Notes under the pieces: model-generated
Seen by the model: only the letters and a program-made list of their open reading frames with translations
Told to the model about the DNA's origin: nothing
Database searches by the model: none
Translations under genes and position numbers: made by a program
In this document: positions 9,747-23,600 of the stretch, piece by piece
How positions within the stretch are numbered: position 1 is the stretch's first letter
Layout: every line of letters begins with the position of its first letter
From: Halocafeteria seosinensis
Taxonomy: Eukaryota
Assembly (NCBI GenBank): GCA_001687465.1
Contig: LVLI01000183.1
Span: 1 to 48,876 of the forward strand
DNA: 48,876 nt
Direction: 5' to 3'

Positions 9747-12725
9747 ATGCTTGCAGACTTGATGATGACGAAAGCCCGGAGTCTGCATCAGCCCGTTCCT
9801 ATCGGTAGAGGCACAATAGCTATGCTTTTGGCACTGTTCATACTTAATCTCATCTCGAGTATAAATGCTGTTGATCGACGTCAAGATGCTGTCAACGGAA
9901 ATCTTGACTGTATTGACTATGACGGGTCAACGAAAACATTTACCCTAACTTGCAGTTTTACATGGACGAATACAATGGGGGCTGGAACTGATGACGATTT
10001 CATTTCCCTGGAGGCGAATGAAAAATTTGAAGGCAGTGCAGATTTTTCCATTGATTTAGTGGGAATCACTGAGTTCCGAGGAATGTTTACTTCAGGAGCT
10101 GCATCCTTTGCCGAAGCACCTACCATACGGAATGTTCATATGAAGAAGGGGGCCCTTCTCGATGCCAGTTTTGCTAGTGAGTTTCCCGGTTACGTCGCCA
10201 GAGGCAAACAACAGTTCATTATAATTGAATCTTGTAGTTCGTCGGGAGATATCACAGCTCAGGGTGGGGGAGGCATCATTGGATCGGACGCAGGAGACAA
10301 CGGTGGTAAAGCTACCGTGACCGGTTGCTGGTCTACAGGAACAGTTACGCATCAGTGGGCTGGTGGAATTGCCGGTTCCTGGGGTGGAGCAGGAGGAGGA
10401 TTACTAATAGTTGAAGACTGTTCGTCGTCTGGTGATATTATTGGAGATCGCGCAGGAGGTATTGTAGGCTGGACGTTGGCTAATGGAGGTTCAGGTGAAG
10501 TAAGGAGGTGCTTTTCCACTGGCGAAGTTGGGGGACAGTATGCAGGTGGAATCACTGGCTCGTTCCCCGGATACAATGCCATCAATATCGTCATCTCTGA
10601 GTGCTACTCACTTGGTCCTATTAGTGGAGACGATGCCGGAGGTATTTCTGGTGCATTTGCGGGGGAAGGCGGCACCATAGATATCAGTGACTCGTTTTCG
10701 AGAGGAGAGATCAGTGGTGCTAACGCCGGAGGAATTACGGGAGCAGATACTGGCAAATCAAACGGTGGTACTCCGGGAGACGTTTTCGTTAAAAACAGTT
10801 ATGCCTCCGGGACTATTACAGGTTCTAATGCAGGGGGCTTATTTGGGTCTATTGCAAGCGACGCCGGGCAAGTAGAAGTGGAGTTTTCCGTATACTCATC
10901 TGGAGGAGCCAGCGGAATCGCTGGGGCCGGATCCAATAACATTGACGTAAATACCGGAAATTCGGATGATCTATCATCCATTACTGGGACACTGTATCAC
11001 GTTAATGGCGACCAAAAATGGTTGGACAGCGTATGGACTGTCATATCAGGTTCCTTTCCGATCCTCACAAATGTAGACCAATGTCCTGTAGACTGCGTAG
11101 AAGGAACTGGATCGGGTACCTCGACTGCAACTCCGTCTCCTACTTGTACTCGAACACCGACAACTACTTCATCCCGTACTCCAACACCGAGTGAATCCAT
11201 AACAGTCACATCGTCTCCATCAGCTTCGCAAACACCTTCGGCAACACAGACAAGTACCAAGTCTCCTTATTCAACAACCACCCCAACGGGAACGTCCACC
11301 GCAACGCCATCCGTGACCGCTACAGAGTCACGTACAGCAACACCATCGTTTACTCCTTCCACTTCACAGACCCCTAGTGCAACTGTTAGTCGGACAGGTA
11401 CACCAACGAGTACATCCACTCCTACTTCCACTCCTTCTGCCTCAGAGTCTTCAACCCCTTCTGTCACATCTACCGCAAGTACAACTCAGACTCACACGCG
11501 AACACCGTCCTCGACTCCCACTCACACTTCGTCGATTACCAGTACACCCTCGAACTCTATCACTCCCAGTGCAACTGCCTCCCAGTCATCTACCGCTACT
11601 CCTACCTCAAGTCACACGGCAACACCGACATCAACATCTTCTGTCACCTCTACCACCACGGGAACCCCTACGCGTTCTCCAACTGCATCGGCATCCAGCA
11701 CCGCTTCCGTTACAAAAACTCCAACAGCAACATCTACGCAAACGTCCACCCCAACCAAGACGGGAACTCCCACTCCGACTCAAACTTCGACATCTACTGC
11801 GACTCCATCATCCACTCTAACACCCACCTCGAGCAACACATTTACTCCCACCTCGACTATTACTTCTACTGGGACAAGCACTGCATCTTCTACGTCTACA
11901 CGAACCTCAACGCCAAGTGAAACGAGGACTTCCACTCCAACTTATACTGTGACGCCCACTGAAACTGCTTCCACGACTGGCACTCCCACTTCCAGTCAGA
12001 CCGCTTCTCCGACGCAAACTTCTACTGCATCCTCTACAATCACTTCTTCAACGACGTCGACACCCACTGCTACTAAATCGCCGACCTCTACCGCTACTGC
12101 GTCATCTTCGGTCTCTCCCTCTGTAACAGCAAGTGTCTCCCCATCGAATGATGCAAGAGAGGCTTCCATTGGCTTAAGCACGGGTAGCGACGGAGTATCA
12201 TCTTTAAGTGTGATTTTGCCTGTTGTTATTATTCTTATCGTATTGATATGTGCTTTCTTTGCCTTTTTGAGAAGGGGGAAAAACCGACTGATAGTCGAGA
12301 ATCCTTGCCAAGCATGTGCGACGCAGCTTGACGTCCCGTTGTCGTCTGTGACGTTATGGTCAGATCGGTCTGTACGTCTATCAACTACGGACTTGTCGAG
12401 CACCAATCCAAGCACAGCTGAGGTTTCCGATGATCCTGAAATTGCTAGCACAGGACCGTCTGTTGGCTTAGTTCTCTTGCATGATCTAGAGTCAGTGAGC
12501 ATCCGCTCGATATCAGGTGAGGACCCCAAAAACCGCATACGATCTAAAGCGGGAATGGTACCTGTTACGTTCTCAAACTTCTTGTCCTCGGTCAACGCCC
12601 CAGTTCGGCATCGACTGGAGTTGTGGTGTCGAAAGTTAAAAGCTCAGGCACTTGGTACCCCATCCCCTCTCGTTGTCTTAGACCTAGACTCGGAGTCATC
12701 TGGTATTGCAGTAGAGGGAACCTAG
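9747..12725 (+). CDS. Type I membrane GGICG/GLUG-like repeat protein with a ~350-aa Ser/Thr/Pro mucin-like stalk and cytoplasmic tail
   Basis: 995-codon ORF; start uncertain (ATGs at 9747, 9762, 9822). Signal MLLALFILNLISSINA; FISLEANEKFEG...EAPTIRNVH; 7 coils; C-cap. Stalk ~11105-12150; TM LSVILPVVIILIVLICAFFAFL (~12203-12268) followed by RRGK. Confidence 0.9.
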   Translation: MLADLMMTKARSLHQPVPIGRGTIAMLLALFILNLISSINAVDRRQDAVNGNLDCIDYDGSTKTFTLTCSFTWTNTMGAGTDDDFISLEANEKFEGSADFSIDLVGITEFRGMFTSGAASFAEAPTIRNVHMKKGALLDASFASEFPGYVARGKQQFIIIESCSSSGDITAQGGGGIIGSDAGDNGGKATVTGCWSTGTVTHQWAGGIAGSWGGAGGGLLIVEDCSSSGDIIGDRAGGIVGWTLANGGSGEVRRCFSTGEVGGQYAGGITGSFPGYNAINIVISECYSLGPISGDDAGGISGAFAGEGGTIDISDSFSRGEISGANAGGITGADTGKSNGGTPGDVFVKNSYASGTITGSNAGGLFGSIASDAGQVEVEFSVYSSGGASGIAGAGSNNIDVNTGNSDDLSSITGTLYHVNGDQKWLDSVWTVISGSFPILTNVDQCPVDCVEGTGSGTSTATPSPTCTRTPTTTSSRTPTPSESITVTSSPSASQTPSATQTSTKSPYSTTTPTGTSTATPSVTATESRTATPSFTPSTSQTPSATVSRTGTPTSTSTPTSTPSASESSTPSVTSTASTTQTHTRTPSSTPTHTSSITSTPSNSITPSATASQSSTATPTSSHTATPTSTSSVTSTTTGTPTRSPTASASSTASVTKTPTATSTQTSTPTKTGTPTPTQTSTSTATPSSTLTPTSSNTFTPTSTITSTGTSTASSTSTRTSTPSETRTSTPTYTVTPTETASTTGTPTSSQTASPTQTSTASSTITSSTTSTPTATKSPTSTATASSSVSPSVTASVSPSNDAREASIGLSTGSDGVSSLSVILPVVIILIVLICAFFAFLRRGKNRLIVENPCQACATQLDVPLSSVTLWSDRSVRLSTTDLSSTNPSTAEVSDDPEIASTGPSVGLVLLHDLESVSIRSISGEDPKNRIRSKAGMVPVTFSNFLSSVNAPVRHRLELWCRKLKAQALGTPSPLVVLDLDSESSGIAVEGT

Positions 12726-13718
12726 AAGTATTAGTGCTCGTAAAAGACGTCCCAAATTCGAGCCGTGCTGGTGACTGATTTTTTCCGATCCAAAACGTTG
12801 TAATAGAAGCCCTCGATGTGATGATGCTCACTTGTTCCGGTTGTGGGGTTCAGTATAACTAGCAGCTACTACAGCAGTTCTGTCAATTGCATGCTTCCGA
12901 GCCTCCGAGGTAATAGTTACGGTACGGGGGGAATACGAAGATGTACACATTGCAACACAAAAGCTATATGCTTTCAGTGACCATGAATGTACCGTACGCT
13001 TTAACTTTGGCGATAAACGGCCTCTGCGCGCGGTGCGCAAACAGATGGGAGAGTTGAAAAACCTCACCTCTGCGCAGACGGAGGAGACTATCCCTTTCAA
13101 CTTGCTTTAAAGACTAAAGTAACGATAATCGGGCAATCAACTACATCTACATATGCCCCGGAAAGTAGTCAACCATAATAGCCCGATTGCACGCTCGACG
13201 TCGGGGTTCATACACGTTGTACGTACATGTAGTTCAATAACTTTTCATGGTTGCTCTTATTGGCTGTTTCGGTCTTCGCGCACAAAATGAGCCATATTTC
13301 TCAATACGTGCGATATCCTTTGATGGTATCTTTGATTGTGTCCTGTCTACTCACTGGTTGGCGAATCCAGACTGATCAATGATCATCGAAGTCCTCCGTT
13401 TTGTTCATTGTCAGGGCTTCGACTGGCCAAGGAGGTTGCGTACTGTAGGTGGGCTGCACTGAACGTTGTAGCAATGCCCATTGCCGTCTTACGAGACGAG
13501 ACGTAGCCTTCAGGTAACGGGCATCCGTGCCGCATCATACAGTGAACACTGCCATTGGCCAGTCTGCCAAGGGACGGGTTCCGGAGTTCCAACTCCGGAC
13601 TGTGTGGTACTTTGGTGGTTCAACAACTGTCAGCACTGCTCCCGTAACCCGCCAGACAAGTGTGAGCGCGCGTTATTGATTGTCGTCCAGTAACTTCCCT
13701 GCGCATACATGAGGAGAT

Positions 13719-16700
13719 ATGGTCACTGTGGACCCGCTGGTACGCGATCTCATTGGATGCGCGTCGCTGCAAGGTATGTAGTGCCCTCCTCCGAAACCAG
13801 AGAAGCATCACGTGGTGTCTTTTCGTGCTCGTGCTCTGCACTGGCTTCCACGACGCTTCGATGACGTCACCTTATGTGTGTATGTAACACAGATGCTTCG
13901 CGCGTACTCGCTCGCAATTTACTCGAGAGCAGCCAAGGAGAGGGCGTCGGTGCATCAGGAGGGATAGCTTCCGTCGAAGAAGGAAGAGGAAGCGCTTCAA
14001 CGTCCCAGAGATGTTCTGCGACTTCGGCACTGGTGTTGCTAAACTTCAACCATAAGCATAACGAGCCTTTTTTCGGTTCCCTCGCCCACTGGCGGCGTGA
14101 ACAAGAGAAGAGAAAAGAAGAGGAAACCTTGTGCTTGCATTATCTCTCCTCACGACTCTTACGAAGCTATGGGCTCGCTCATAACACGGAGCTAGCGCAG
14201 GATTCCTCCCCACGAAAACCCCAACTTCAACTTGGGCAGGAGGAGTTGGCGAAGAAGTCTGGAAGTTACCATTTGTTGCCCGAAGTGGACCGCGTCGCTA
14301 AATTAGTGACTATGATGCTCCCTTTGGAAAAGAACGCGATTTGCAGAATTGAATTGACCTATGCTTCGGAGGATGTTGATATTGAAGCCGATCGCGAATT
14401 TTTGATGTCCATCGCCGAAGTAGTATCGACTCTCTTGAGCCGATTGGTTCATATTGCGAGCGCATACCTCCTTCATCGGGAACAACAAGCCTTTTACGAT
14501 GCCATTCGGGATATTTACACCCGAGGGAGCATTCTGGATCCCGTACTGCGGTGCGCCAACAGGGCTGTGCTGGCAGAAGAAGTGCATCTGTTCTTGGTTA
14601 AGGAGAATGACAGAGGCATATCGGTGTTAGTCAACGAGGCAGATGGAACCCAGTATGAAATAAACGAAAACAACATTGTCGGTAGTGTTGCTCTCAATAG
14701 GAAAATGCGGAACATTGAATGTGTTGGAGAGGACACTACGGTCTCTGGAAATAACGAAAACGCCCAGTTCCTGCTGGTCGCGCCGATCTTCGACACCTAT
14801 AATAATTTGCAAGGTGTATTGGAAGCCATCAATCGCAAAGAACCTTCAAAATATCTAAGTGAAGAAACAAGTTATGCACAGGAGGAAAAGAATAAGACTT
14901 GCCTCTCGCTTAGTCATCATGCACACCCGGATGCTTGGCCCTTCACGGAAGCGGATGAGAATGCCCTAGCGGCAACTTGTTTGCATGCAGGGGCTGCCAT
15001 CAATCAAATCAAGAGCTCCACCGAGATGTCACGCCAATTGAAAATAAATGAATGTATATTATCTCTTTTGAGGACTATAGGATCGGAAGGAGCCATTAGC
15101 GAAGTCCTGGAATATGTTGCGGACGCAGCTCTGGAAATTACCGCCTGCAAAGGGCTTTGTCTGTACCTTGTAGATCGATCCAAACGACAGCTTTTACCGG
15201 CAGTCTGTAGAAATATGGAATCTTCTAGACTACCCTTGAACAATAGTGTCGTTGGGAGGGCAGCCAATAACGGGCAAACTGTAGAAACATCGGGTGAGTG
15301 ATGGATACAGTACAGCCGTATCGCTTTCGTATAATGTCGCTTACTCAAATCCTTGTACAAGCAGGTGCTGAAGATAATAGGCAAGTCCACCAACTGAAGA
15401 AGCAGGGGTGTGATCCGTCTATGCGGATGCTGTGTGTACCCATCTCACTTCCAACCCGGAGAGATCACACGATCGTGGTGTTGCAAGTAATTGGCGAAGT
15501 GGGTAGTAGCTCCTTTTCTCGGAGCGATCGTGAGGCCTTGGAAACATTTTGCTACGAGGCGGGGGTGGCTATGAAGAAGCTTTCTGTTGATATGGTCTTT
15601 GCGAAGATGTCCGAAGAGGCACATGAAGTGGATAAGGGGTATCAATCTGCACTGATTCCGGGCAAAAGTATGATGAATAGGCGATCCTCGGGCTCCTCAA
15701 GTAACCAAGATGATATCTCATTTTTAGAACAATACGCGGATGAATCGGTCTTAAAAAAACTCCGGAAACAATTTAAGGGTGATCGATTCTCTTCTAACCT
15801 TTCCTCATCGGACAACTCTGCAAGTAACTTGGAGGATTCACAACAGGAAGAAGCAAGCAACCTTCCACTGATTTCGTTTGAATCGCAAGAGCTATCATCC
15901 TTCTCGACAACAGTCGATGACAACAAGATAACATCTTGGGACTTTGACGTGTTGGAGTTGGAGCCCCACGAGTTGAGAAAGCTTGCTTGGAAAATTTTCA
16001 GTTATTGGGATCTTCCAAAACGCTTTCATATACCCCAACAAAAGCTGGAGAGCTTTATCGCGACAAGCCAGGATCATTATCGAGATAATCCGTAAGCAAT
16101 TATGTCTGGGGTGCACTATTCAAAAGATACACCTGCGTCAAATATGTGCTGCACAGGTTTCACAACTTTTATCACGCTGTTGCTACTATGCATAGCTCCT
16201 TTCTCGTTGTGTGGAAATCGGTGGCTCTTCGTCTTCTGAACCATTTGGATGTGTTCTCGATGCTGATAGCAGCATTGTGGTAAGGAGGCAGACAAGAGCA
16301 TCGTACCTGCTTTATGGTCCCAAATTTCACATCGACGTTTGCCTTGCCCGTTGCAGTCACGATATTGATCACCCTGGCCATTCACAAGCTTTCGAAATCA
16401 ATAAGGAGTCCGATCTTGCGATCCAATACAATGACACGGCTGTGTTGGAATCTCATCATGCCTGTCTGACGTTTCAGATTCTCAAGAGTGAACGGACAAG
16501 TATTTTAGAGAGTCTGCCTCACGAAACTTACCGGTTTTGTCGAAAAGTAATTCTTAAATGCATTCTCGGTACCGACATGGCAAAGCACTTTACACTGATC
16601 CAAAATCTTACCAATCGTATCTCTCAAGACTCTCCGGGGGTTTCCAGGTTATCCTCCTCCGCCTCGTTGAAGCACTCGGGGGACCAACTGGAGCAACAGA

Positions 16701-17089
16701 AGCGTGATCTAACGGATACAGATGAAATCGCTTGCACCGCATTTGACAGAGATAACGAGACTGACCGCCTTGACTTGATGGAGCTCGCAGTTCACAGTGC
16801 TGATCTCTCGGGCCAGGCTACTTCGTGGCACATGGCGAAGCAGTGGGGCGATAGGGTCATTCAAGAATTTAAGGAAGAGGCTGAAAAGCACGAAAAGCAC
16901 GGGTTAACGGCTCCTCCATTTATGTCAAACATTAACACGCATTACGACGTTTGTCAATTGCAAAGTTCGTTCATTGAAAACATCTGCTTGCCCCTCTGGG
17001 AGCCGATGAATGAAGCCTTAGGTGGGCTGGAGGAACCGGTGGAGCATCTGAGAAAAAACCAGGAGCAGTATGAACAGGAAGCTGTTTAA
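13719..17089 (+). CDS. PDE: Class I 3',5'-cyclic nucleotide phosphodiesterase with two GAF domains; exons 13719-13773, 13893-15293, 15365-16091, 16157-16279, 16357-17089
   Basis: Removing GT-AG introns 16092-16156 and 16280-16356 rebuilds YRDNPFHNFYHA and AALCHDIDHPG. Downstream are YNDTAVLESHH, TDMAKH, HSADLS and LQSSFI..ICLPLW. GAF-A has VLEAINRK...FTEADE; GAF-B has LCVPI...VLQVI...FSRSDRE. All four introns keep frame. Exon 1 is the least certain. Confidence 0.92.
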
Positions 17090-17667
17090 AACCATTAGTT
17101 CTACAGTAGTGTGTAATTTCATGACGGCGCCTAAGAAATGTGCGTGTAACGCGTAGCCGTTAGTAGGTTTGTCAGGCTTCGGGTACACCTCTCAACTCTG
17201 GGCGAGCACGCGACAAGCTCAACATTTGAGTTGCGACCGGGTATTTGAAAATGTCCAATATGTGTGGAGTAATCACAAAAATGTTACTTATTTTCTGAAC
17301 CCTGTGAAGCTAGTCTTGCGTGCCATAAAGTGAAATTCTCCATGGTTCCTTCACTGCTCAAAAAATTTCAGGATTCCTCTAAGCTAATTCAATTGAACAG
17401 GGACTCTCCAGGATCTGGTCACCCTTATTGTTCACATTGAGCACGTTTTACTACCATTTGGATCGTTGAATCCGTTCCGTGTAGGTATAGTGTATCATGG
17501 TATGGGGAATGTGAGAATTGTGAGAGTGTATTTGGGCTCAAATTGGCTTGTCTTTTGCCAGAGTGGTGCGAGTCAGTTTGCGGAGAATCTAATTGCTTCA
17601 TTTTCTTACCTTCTACTGCGTATACAGCCCTATTTTATTGGATGACATAGTAGGATCAACAGTCTAG

Positions 17668-20600
17668 ATGGTGGCTCTATTCACTGGAAATCGGAAAATG
17701 TCGAGCAAGGAGGCAAAGTGCTCCAGACGGGAGCCACCGGGATGGAATTCCGGGTATTGTCAATTATTCAGTGTATACATGCTCCTTTGGAGTAGTATCA
17801 CTATTTTTTGCTTGCCAGTTGCTGCCTTTGATCTTCGCCAATCGATCATGGATGGAAGCGAACCGTGTTTCACGTACAATGAGACGGAGAAACTATTCGA
17901 GTTACGCTGCAACTCCTTGGAATGGTCCTCTGCGGGTTACGAGCACAATACGTACATTTCACTCCACGCAAATGAGATGTTCGATGGAGGAGAACACAAT
18001 GTAATCGATTTGACAGGGATTGACGAGTTCCAGGGACTGTTTCTCATTGATTCAGCGTCTGTAGGGACATTTGAAGAGGCTCCGCTAATCCGCAACGTGC
18101 ATACTGTGAATGGGGGCCTCGCTTCCGGCGCTGGATTTATCCTGCAAGCTCACTCAAGATTCTCCATTGTTGATTCATGCAGTTCTTCCGGCTCAATAGG
18201 ATTAGACAGTGGCGGCATATGCGGAAGTGAATGCGGAGTAGCGGGCCAAGTGTTGATCACTAACTCGTATTCCTCTGGCACGATTCAAGGGGATCGAGCA
18301 GGTGGTATTACAGGGCGCAATACAGGACAAGTTCAGGGTCGCGTTAAAATAACGCATTGCTACTCTACCGGCACCATACGAGGGTCGGACACGGGAGGAA
18401 TTTGTGGATCTGGGAGTGGTCTGGGAGGTGGGGAAATTGAAATCTCGCACTGCTATTCTACTGGCGCCATGCCACACGCCCGATCGGGAGGTATATCGGG
18501 GTCGAAAACAGGTCAAAACCATGGAAGGGTGGACATCACCAATTGCCATTCTACTGGGCTAATCTCTGGTGGCGGCGTTGGTGGAATTTGTGGCTCTTCA
18601 GCTGCTTATGAACATGGGAGAGTCACCATTATCCGGTCCTACTCCAGAGGAGATATTGCTGGAGAAAATAGTGGGGGAATACTGGGCGAAAATGCTGCTG
18701 AGGTCAATGGGGTCGTGCAGGTAGAAGAATGTTATAGCGTAGGGAAAATCTCAGCTCAAGGCAGCGGAGGCGTTTGCGGACCTTATGTTGGAAAATGGAA
18801 AGGCTCGGCCCGCATATCTAACTGCTACTCATGGGGTTCACTAACTGCTGCTGATACGGGAGGCATTTGTGGCAAAGAGGTATCGGGAAATCTTTCCATT
18901 CTAAACAGTTACGCTGCAGGTCTCGTCCACGGCAGTGGATCTGGTGGAATCATTAGTAGTATCTACAGTTCAATTGATGGCGTGGTTGGAATTAGGTACT
19001 CCGTATACAACGGACAAGGAAACGGGTCCCTGATAGGTAACAATGGAGGAGTGACCGTGCACGAGGAAGGAAATTCGATGGATTTGGCAGACATAACGGG
19101 CAAACTATACACCACGGAGGGACAACAGGTATGGTCCGAAACGTCATGGTCCATTGTTGCATCTGACGAGCTGCTTCAGTTGCGGTTTCAGCTTCTTGCA
19201 ATTCCATCACGGAGCCCTTCATCTATGCCTACGTCTACTCCCACAGCCAGCATGACTAGGCTCTTCAGTGCAACACCATCAAGCACGGAGAGCCTCACCC
19301 CTTCAGCGTCGCCGCACTCATCTAAGTATCCAACTGCTACACCTACGCCGAGTACTTTCCCTAAGGATCTCCGTGAACCTATTATCTCTGGAAGCGAGAC
19401 GTGCTTCCGCTATTTGGAAGGTCGTAGAGTGTTCGAGCAAATCTGCAAGGTTTTGAATTGGGAAGTCAATCGATACTCTCGAGAAACTTACATTTCTCTC
19501 TCGGCTAACGAGACGTTCGAGGGGAGCAACGGTACTGTCATTGACTTGACTGGTGTTGATCTATTCGAGGGGCTGTTTCGAGCAACTGGTGACGTTCAAT
19601 CCTTGGAAGAAGCTCCCCTCATTAGGAATGTCCATGTTACCGGTGGAAGTCTTGCCCGAGGTGCAGGATATATCTTGCAGAGGGAGCAACAATTCTTCCA
19701 GATAGAGTCCTGTAGCTCGTCCGGGAGTATAAATGATTACGGAGGAGGAATATGCGGTGAAAGATGTGGCCTATCTGGGGGCTTGATTCTTATTACGAAT
19801 TCGCATTCTACAGGCCAGATAGCAGGGAACCTCGCCGGAGGTATAGTAGGAACTGAGGGAGCAGCGGTCGGTGGAAAGGTCATTATAAAAGACTGCTATA
19901 CCACTAAAGTTATTGAAGGCATCGGCGCGGGGGGTATCATTGGCGCTGGGAGTGGTCGTGACGGGGGCAACGTAGAAATCTGGGATTGCTACTCTACAGG
20001 GAACATCTCGAGCCGATATGCTGGAGGCATAGCCGGTGCTTCTACCGGGAGCTTCCACGGAAGAGTATGTATAACCAACTGTCGTTCCATAGGAATCGTC
20101 GCAGGAGAAGGTGCCGGTGGAATTTGCGGAACATCCACCGCTTTCGCCAACGGGAATGTTACTGTTGCTCGATCGTACTCTACCGGGGCCATTCATGGTG
20201 AATCATCGGGAGGCATTGTTGGAAGCAGGGCTGCTGTACATAGTGGATTTGTGAGTATCGAAGAATGCTACTCTACTGGGAAGATATTTGGCGACTCCAG
20301 TGGAGGGATCGCTGGCGGCGAGACGGCACGGGATGCAGGCGTCCTTCGTATTTCAGACTGCTATACGACCGGACGAATTAGTGGATTCTCATCAGGAGGG
20401 GTCTGTGGAGCCGACATTGGTCGCGATGGGGGATACATGTATATGCTTGATTCTTATGCTTCTGGAGTCATATTATCCGATAATGGCGGCGGCCTTGTGG
20501 GGAGTGTAATTGGTGGTACTACTGAGGTCAAGTTTTCAGTTTACAACGCCCAAAGTTTGTCCAATTCCCTCGTAGGTCCCACTGGAGGGGAAATTGCGGT

Positions 20601-23600
20601 AGACGTCGGCAACTCTGGGAACTTATCCGAAATCCGTGGGAAACTGTATCGATACAATGAGACGTACTCATGGTCGCGGGAAGTATGGGCCGTAAATGAT
20701 GGGGCTAGCCTTCCGGTATTACGATTCCAATTGCCATTTCCCTCGATTTCGCCAAATCCTTCGACAACTCCTAGCCCCAGTACAACGCCGAGCTCTACGG
20801 CATGTGCTGGCAGTACAATGTCAAGTACAGCCTCGAGGACGTCCCGTAAAACTAGTAGCGCTTCTCCTCTTCCTTCACCCGTAGACTTACGGTCATCAAT
20901 TATTTCAGGAATGGAGGCGTGTTTCAAATATTTTGGTGGATTGAAACTGTTTACGCTTAACTGCAGTGTATTGCATTGGATCAGTCAAGGATACTCAGCG
21001 ACGACCCATATTTCTCTCTCATCAAATGAAAAATTTGATGGTGGCACGAACTCAATCATTGACTTCTCTGGTATCACCGAATTCAAAGGACTTTTTCGAG
21101 TGAGTGACCGTGTCCAGTTGTTTGATGAGGCTCCATTGATTGGGAACGTACATACAGTGAATGGTAGCCTTGCAAGTGAAGCAGGATATATCTTGCAAGC
21201 GGAACAACGATTCTTTATTGTGGATTCTTGCAGCTCGACAGGTTTTATAGGCGACAGAGGAGGTGGCATTTGTGGAGAAAGGTGTGGTTCCAACAGTGGC
21301 CATGTAGTCATAAGGAAGTCACATTCCACTGGCCCGATAGCAGGACTAATGGCTGGCGGCATTGCAGGAGGCCAAACAGGGAGATACAATGGAAGCTGTC
21401 GCATAGAGGGGTGCCACTCCGAAGGGATCATTGTAGGTGCTGGGGCCGGAGGACTATGCGGTGGGGCTTGCGGCGAGCAGTTCGGACGACTTAAGATTAG
21501 TACCTCGTACTCTACTGGTGTGATCTTGGGGAAATCGTCTGGGGGCATAATCGGCCTGGCTGCAGGAAGACTGGAAGGCCGCTTTCGCATCACGAAGTGT
21601 TATTCCACAGGAGCTATTGAAGGATCTTTTTCTGGCGGAATTTGTGGAGCATCTGCAGGTATCATGAATGGAAACGGTGCGATCACGCGATCGTTTTCTG
21701 CGGGTCTTATTCGAGGCATGGGAGCTGGAGGTATTGTTGGGTCGAATGCGGCTGCTATCAACGGGTTCTTGAGTGTTGACGAAAGTTATAGCACTGGCGA
21801 GATATTGGCGGAGTCTAGCGGTGGAATTGCAGGAGGTAGTGCTGCCGCCAAAGGGGGCACAATGCGTATTTTAAACTGCTACACTACAGGGCAGATTTCC
21901 GGAGTATCTGCTGGAGGAATATGCGGGGGGGAGACAGGAGGTAGTCCGACGAGCGCTCCAGGGGACGTTGTGATTATGAATTCATATTCTTCTGGGAGTA
22001 TTGAGTTGCCGTATGCTGGAGGGCTAGTGGGAAGCACACTCAATGGTACTACTGGAGTTGTGTATTCGGTGTATGATGGGCACGGGCCGACGGATTCGGT
22101 TGTGGGCAAGATGGGAGGAACACTGGCGACCAACACAGGGAACTCCAGAAACTTGTCAGACATCGTAGGAAAACTTTATGCTTATAGCGAGACTCAGTCA
22201 TGGTCTCGTGAAATATGGACTGTCGTTGACACTGAACAACTCCCAATACTCCGATTCCAGCTGCGCTTGGAGAGCCCTAGCCCTCCTCCAAGCATGTCGC
22301 CAAGTACGACGCCTTCTGTTACAACCGAAGCAACCAGTACCCCAACAGCCTCTCCTTCGCCACGAGATTTACGACAATCAATCATCGTGGGAACGGAATA
22401 TTGCTTCGGGTACGATGCGAGGAGAAAATCTTTTAGCCTTGTCTGTGGAATTTTGGGTTGGAAATCTAGAGGATACTCATCTGGCACCTACATTTCTTTG
22501 GGCGCAAATGAACAGTTCGACGGAGGCAAGGATAGCATTATCGATTTGACAGGGATTTTCGAGTTCGAAGGGTTGTTCAGGGTTCTGGAGAGTGTGACAT
22601 CTTTCGACGAAGCACCTACAATTCGGAACGTTCACACCCAGAATGGCAGCATTGCTCGCGGAGGAGGTTTTATCGTACAGGCTGAGCAGAGGTTCTTTAG
22701 TGTGGACTCTTGCAGCTCATCAGGAGCTATATACGGGGGTGGTATATGTGGTTCTGGATGTGGTCGGGATTACGGCCAAGTTGTAATATCGAACTCTTAC
22801 TCCACGGGAAGAATTTGTCGGGGTGGTGGCATCGCCGGAGGGAGCTTGGGAAAAAACTATGGCATCGCTAATATCACCGAGTGTTCTTCTACTGGAGCTA
22901 TCGAAAACCGAGGAACGGGCGGGATTTGTGGGAGTTTCTGCGGACTTGACTATGCCCGTGTCTACATGTCTCGGTGCCACTCTAGTGGGGACATTCTCGG
23001 CCCTTGGACCGGAGGAATAGCTGGGATGCAGTTGGGACTGAATCACGGTCATGTCGAAATAGCTCACTGCTATTCCACCGGGCGCATTCAATGTGGAGCT
23101 GGAGGTGGAATTGCTGGGTCATGGACTGGCCAAGAGTCTGGCTATGTCCATATTTCACGATCGTACTCGACTGGGGATATCTCTACTGATGCCCTAAGGA
23201 GCGGCGGTATTCTGGGTTTTCTTGCAGCGATAGACAAAGGAACTGTTATTGTTCAGGAATGCTATAGTACTGGAGAGATTGCAGGCAGGGAAGGTGGTGG
23301 TATCGTCGGTGAGGAGGCAGCAGCACGAAACGGTACGGTACGTATTTCTAACTGTTATACCACTGGAGACATTACCGGCTTTGAATCAGGTGGCATATGC
23401 GGTGGTCATACTGGTGGACGAAACATGCATCACCCCTCAGGACGAGTTTTTGTTGCCAATACCTATGCCTCTGGATCGATCCTATCTGACACTTCCGGGG
23501 GTATTGTTGGAAGTGTCGTCAATGGCACGACGAGTATCCAATATTCTGTGTTCAACGGAACAGAACCAACGGATTCCTTAGTGGGAGGTTTCGGAGGTGA

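Noticed and set aside
11105..12150. Thr-rich tract as an ice-binding or antifreeze repeat
   Set aside because: It is a Pro-containing, loosely periodic S/T tract between ectodomain and TM, typical of an O-glycosylated stalk.
13874..17089. Three separate genes or a pseudogene, as the ORF track suggests
   Set aside because: Canonical introns join them in frame into one intact PDE.
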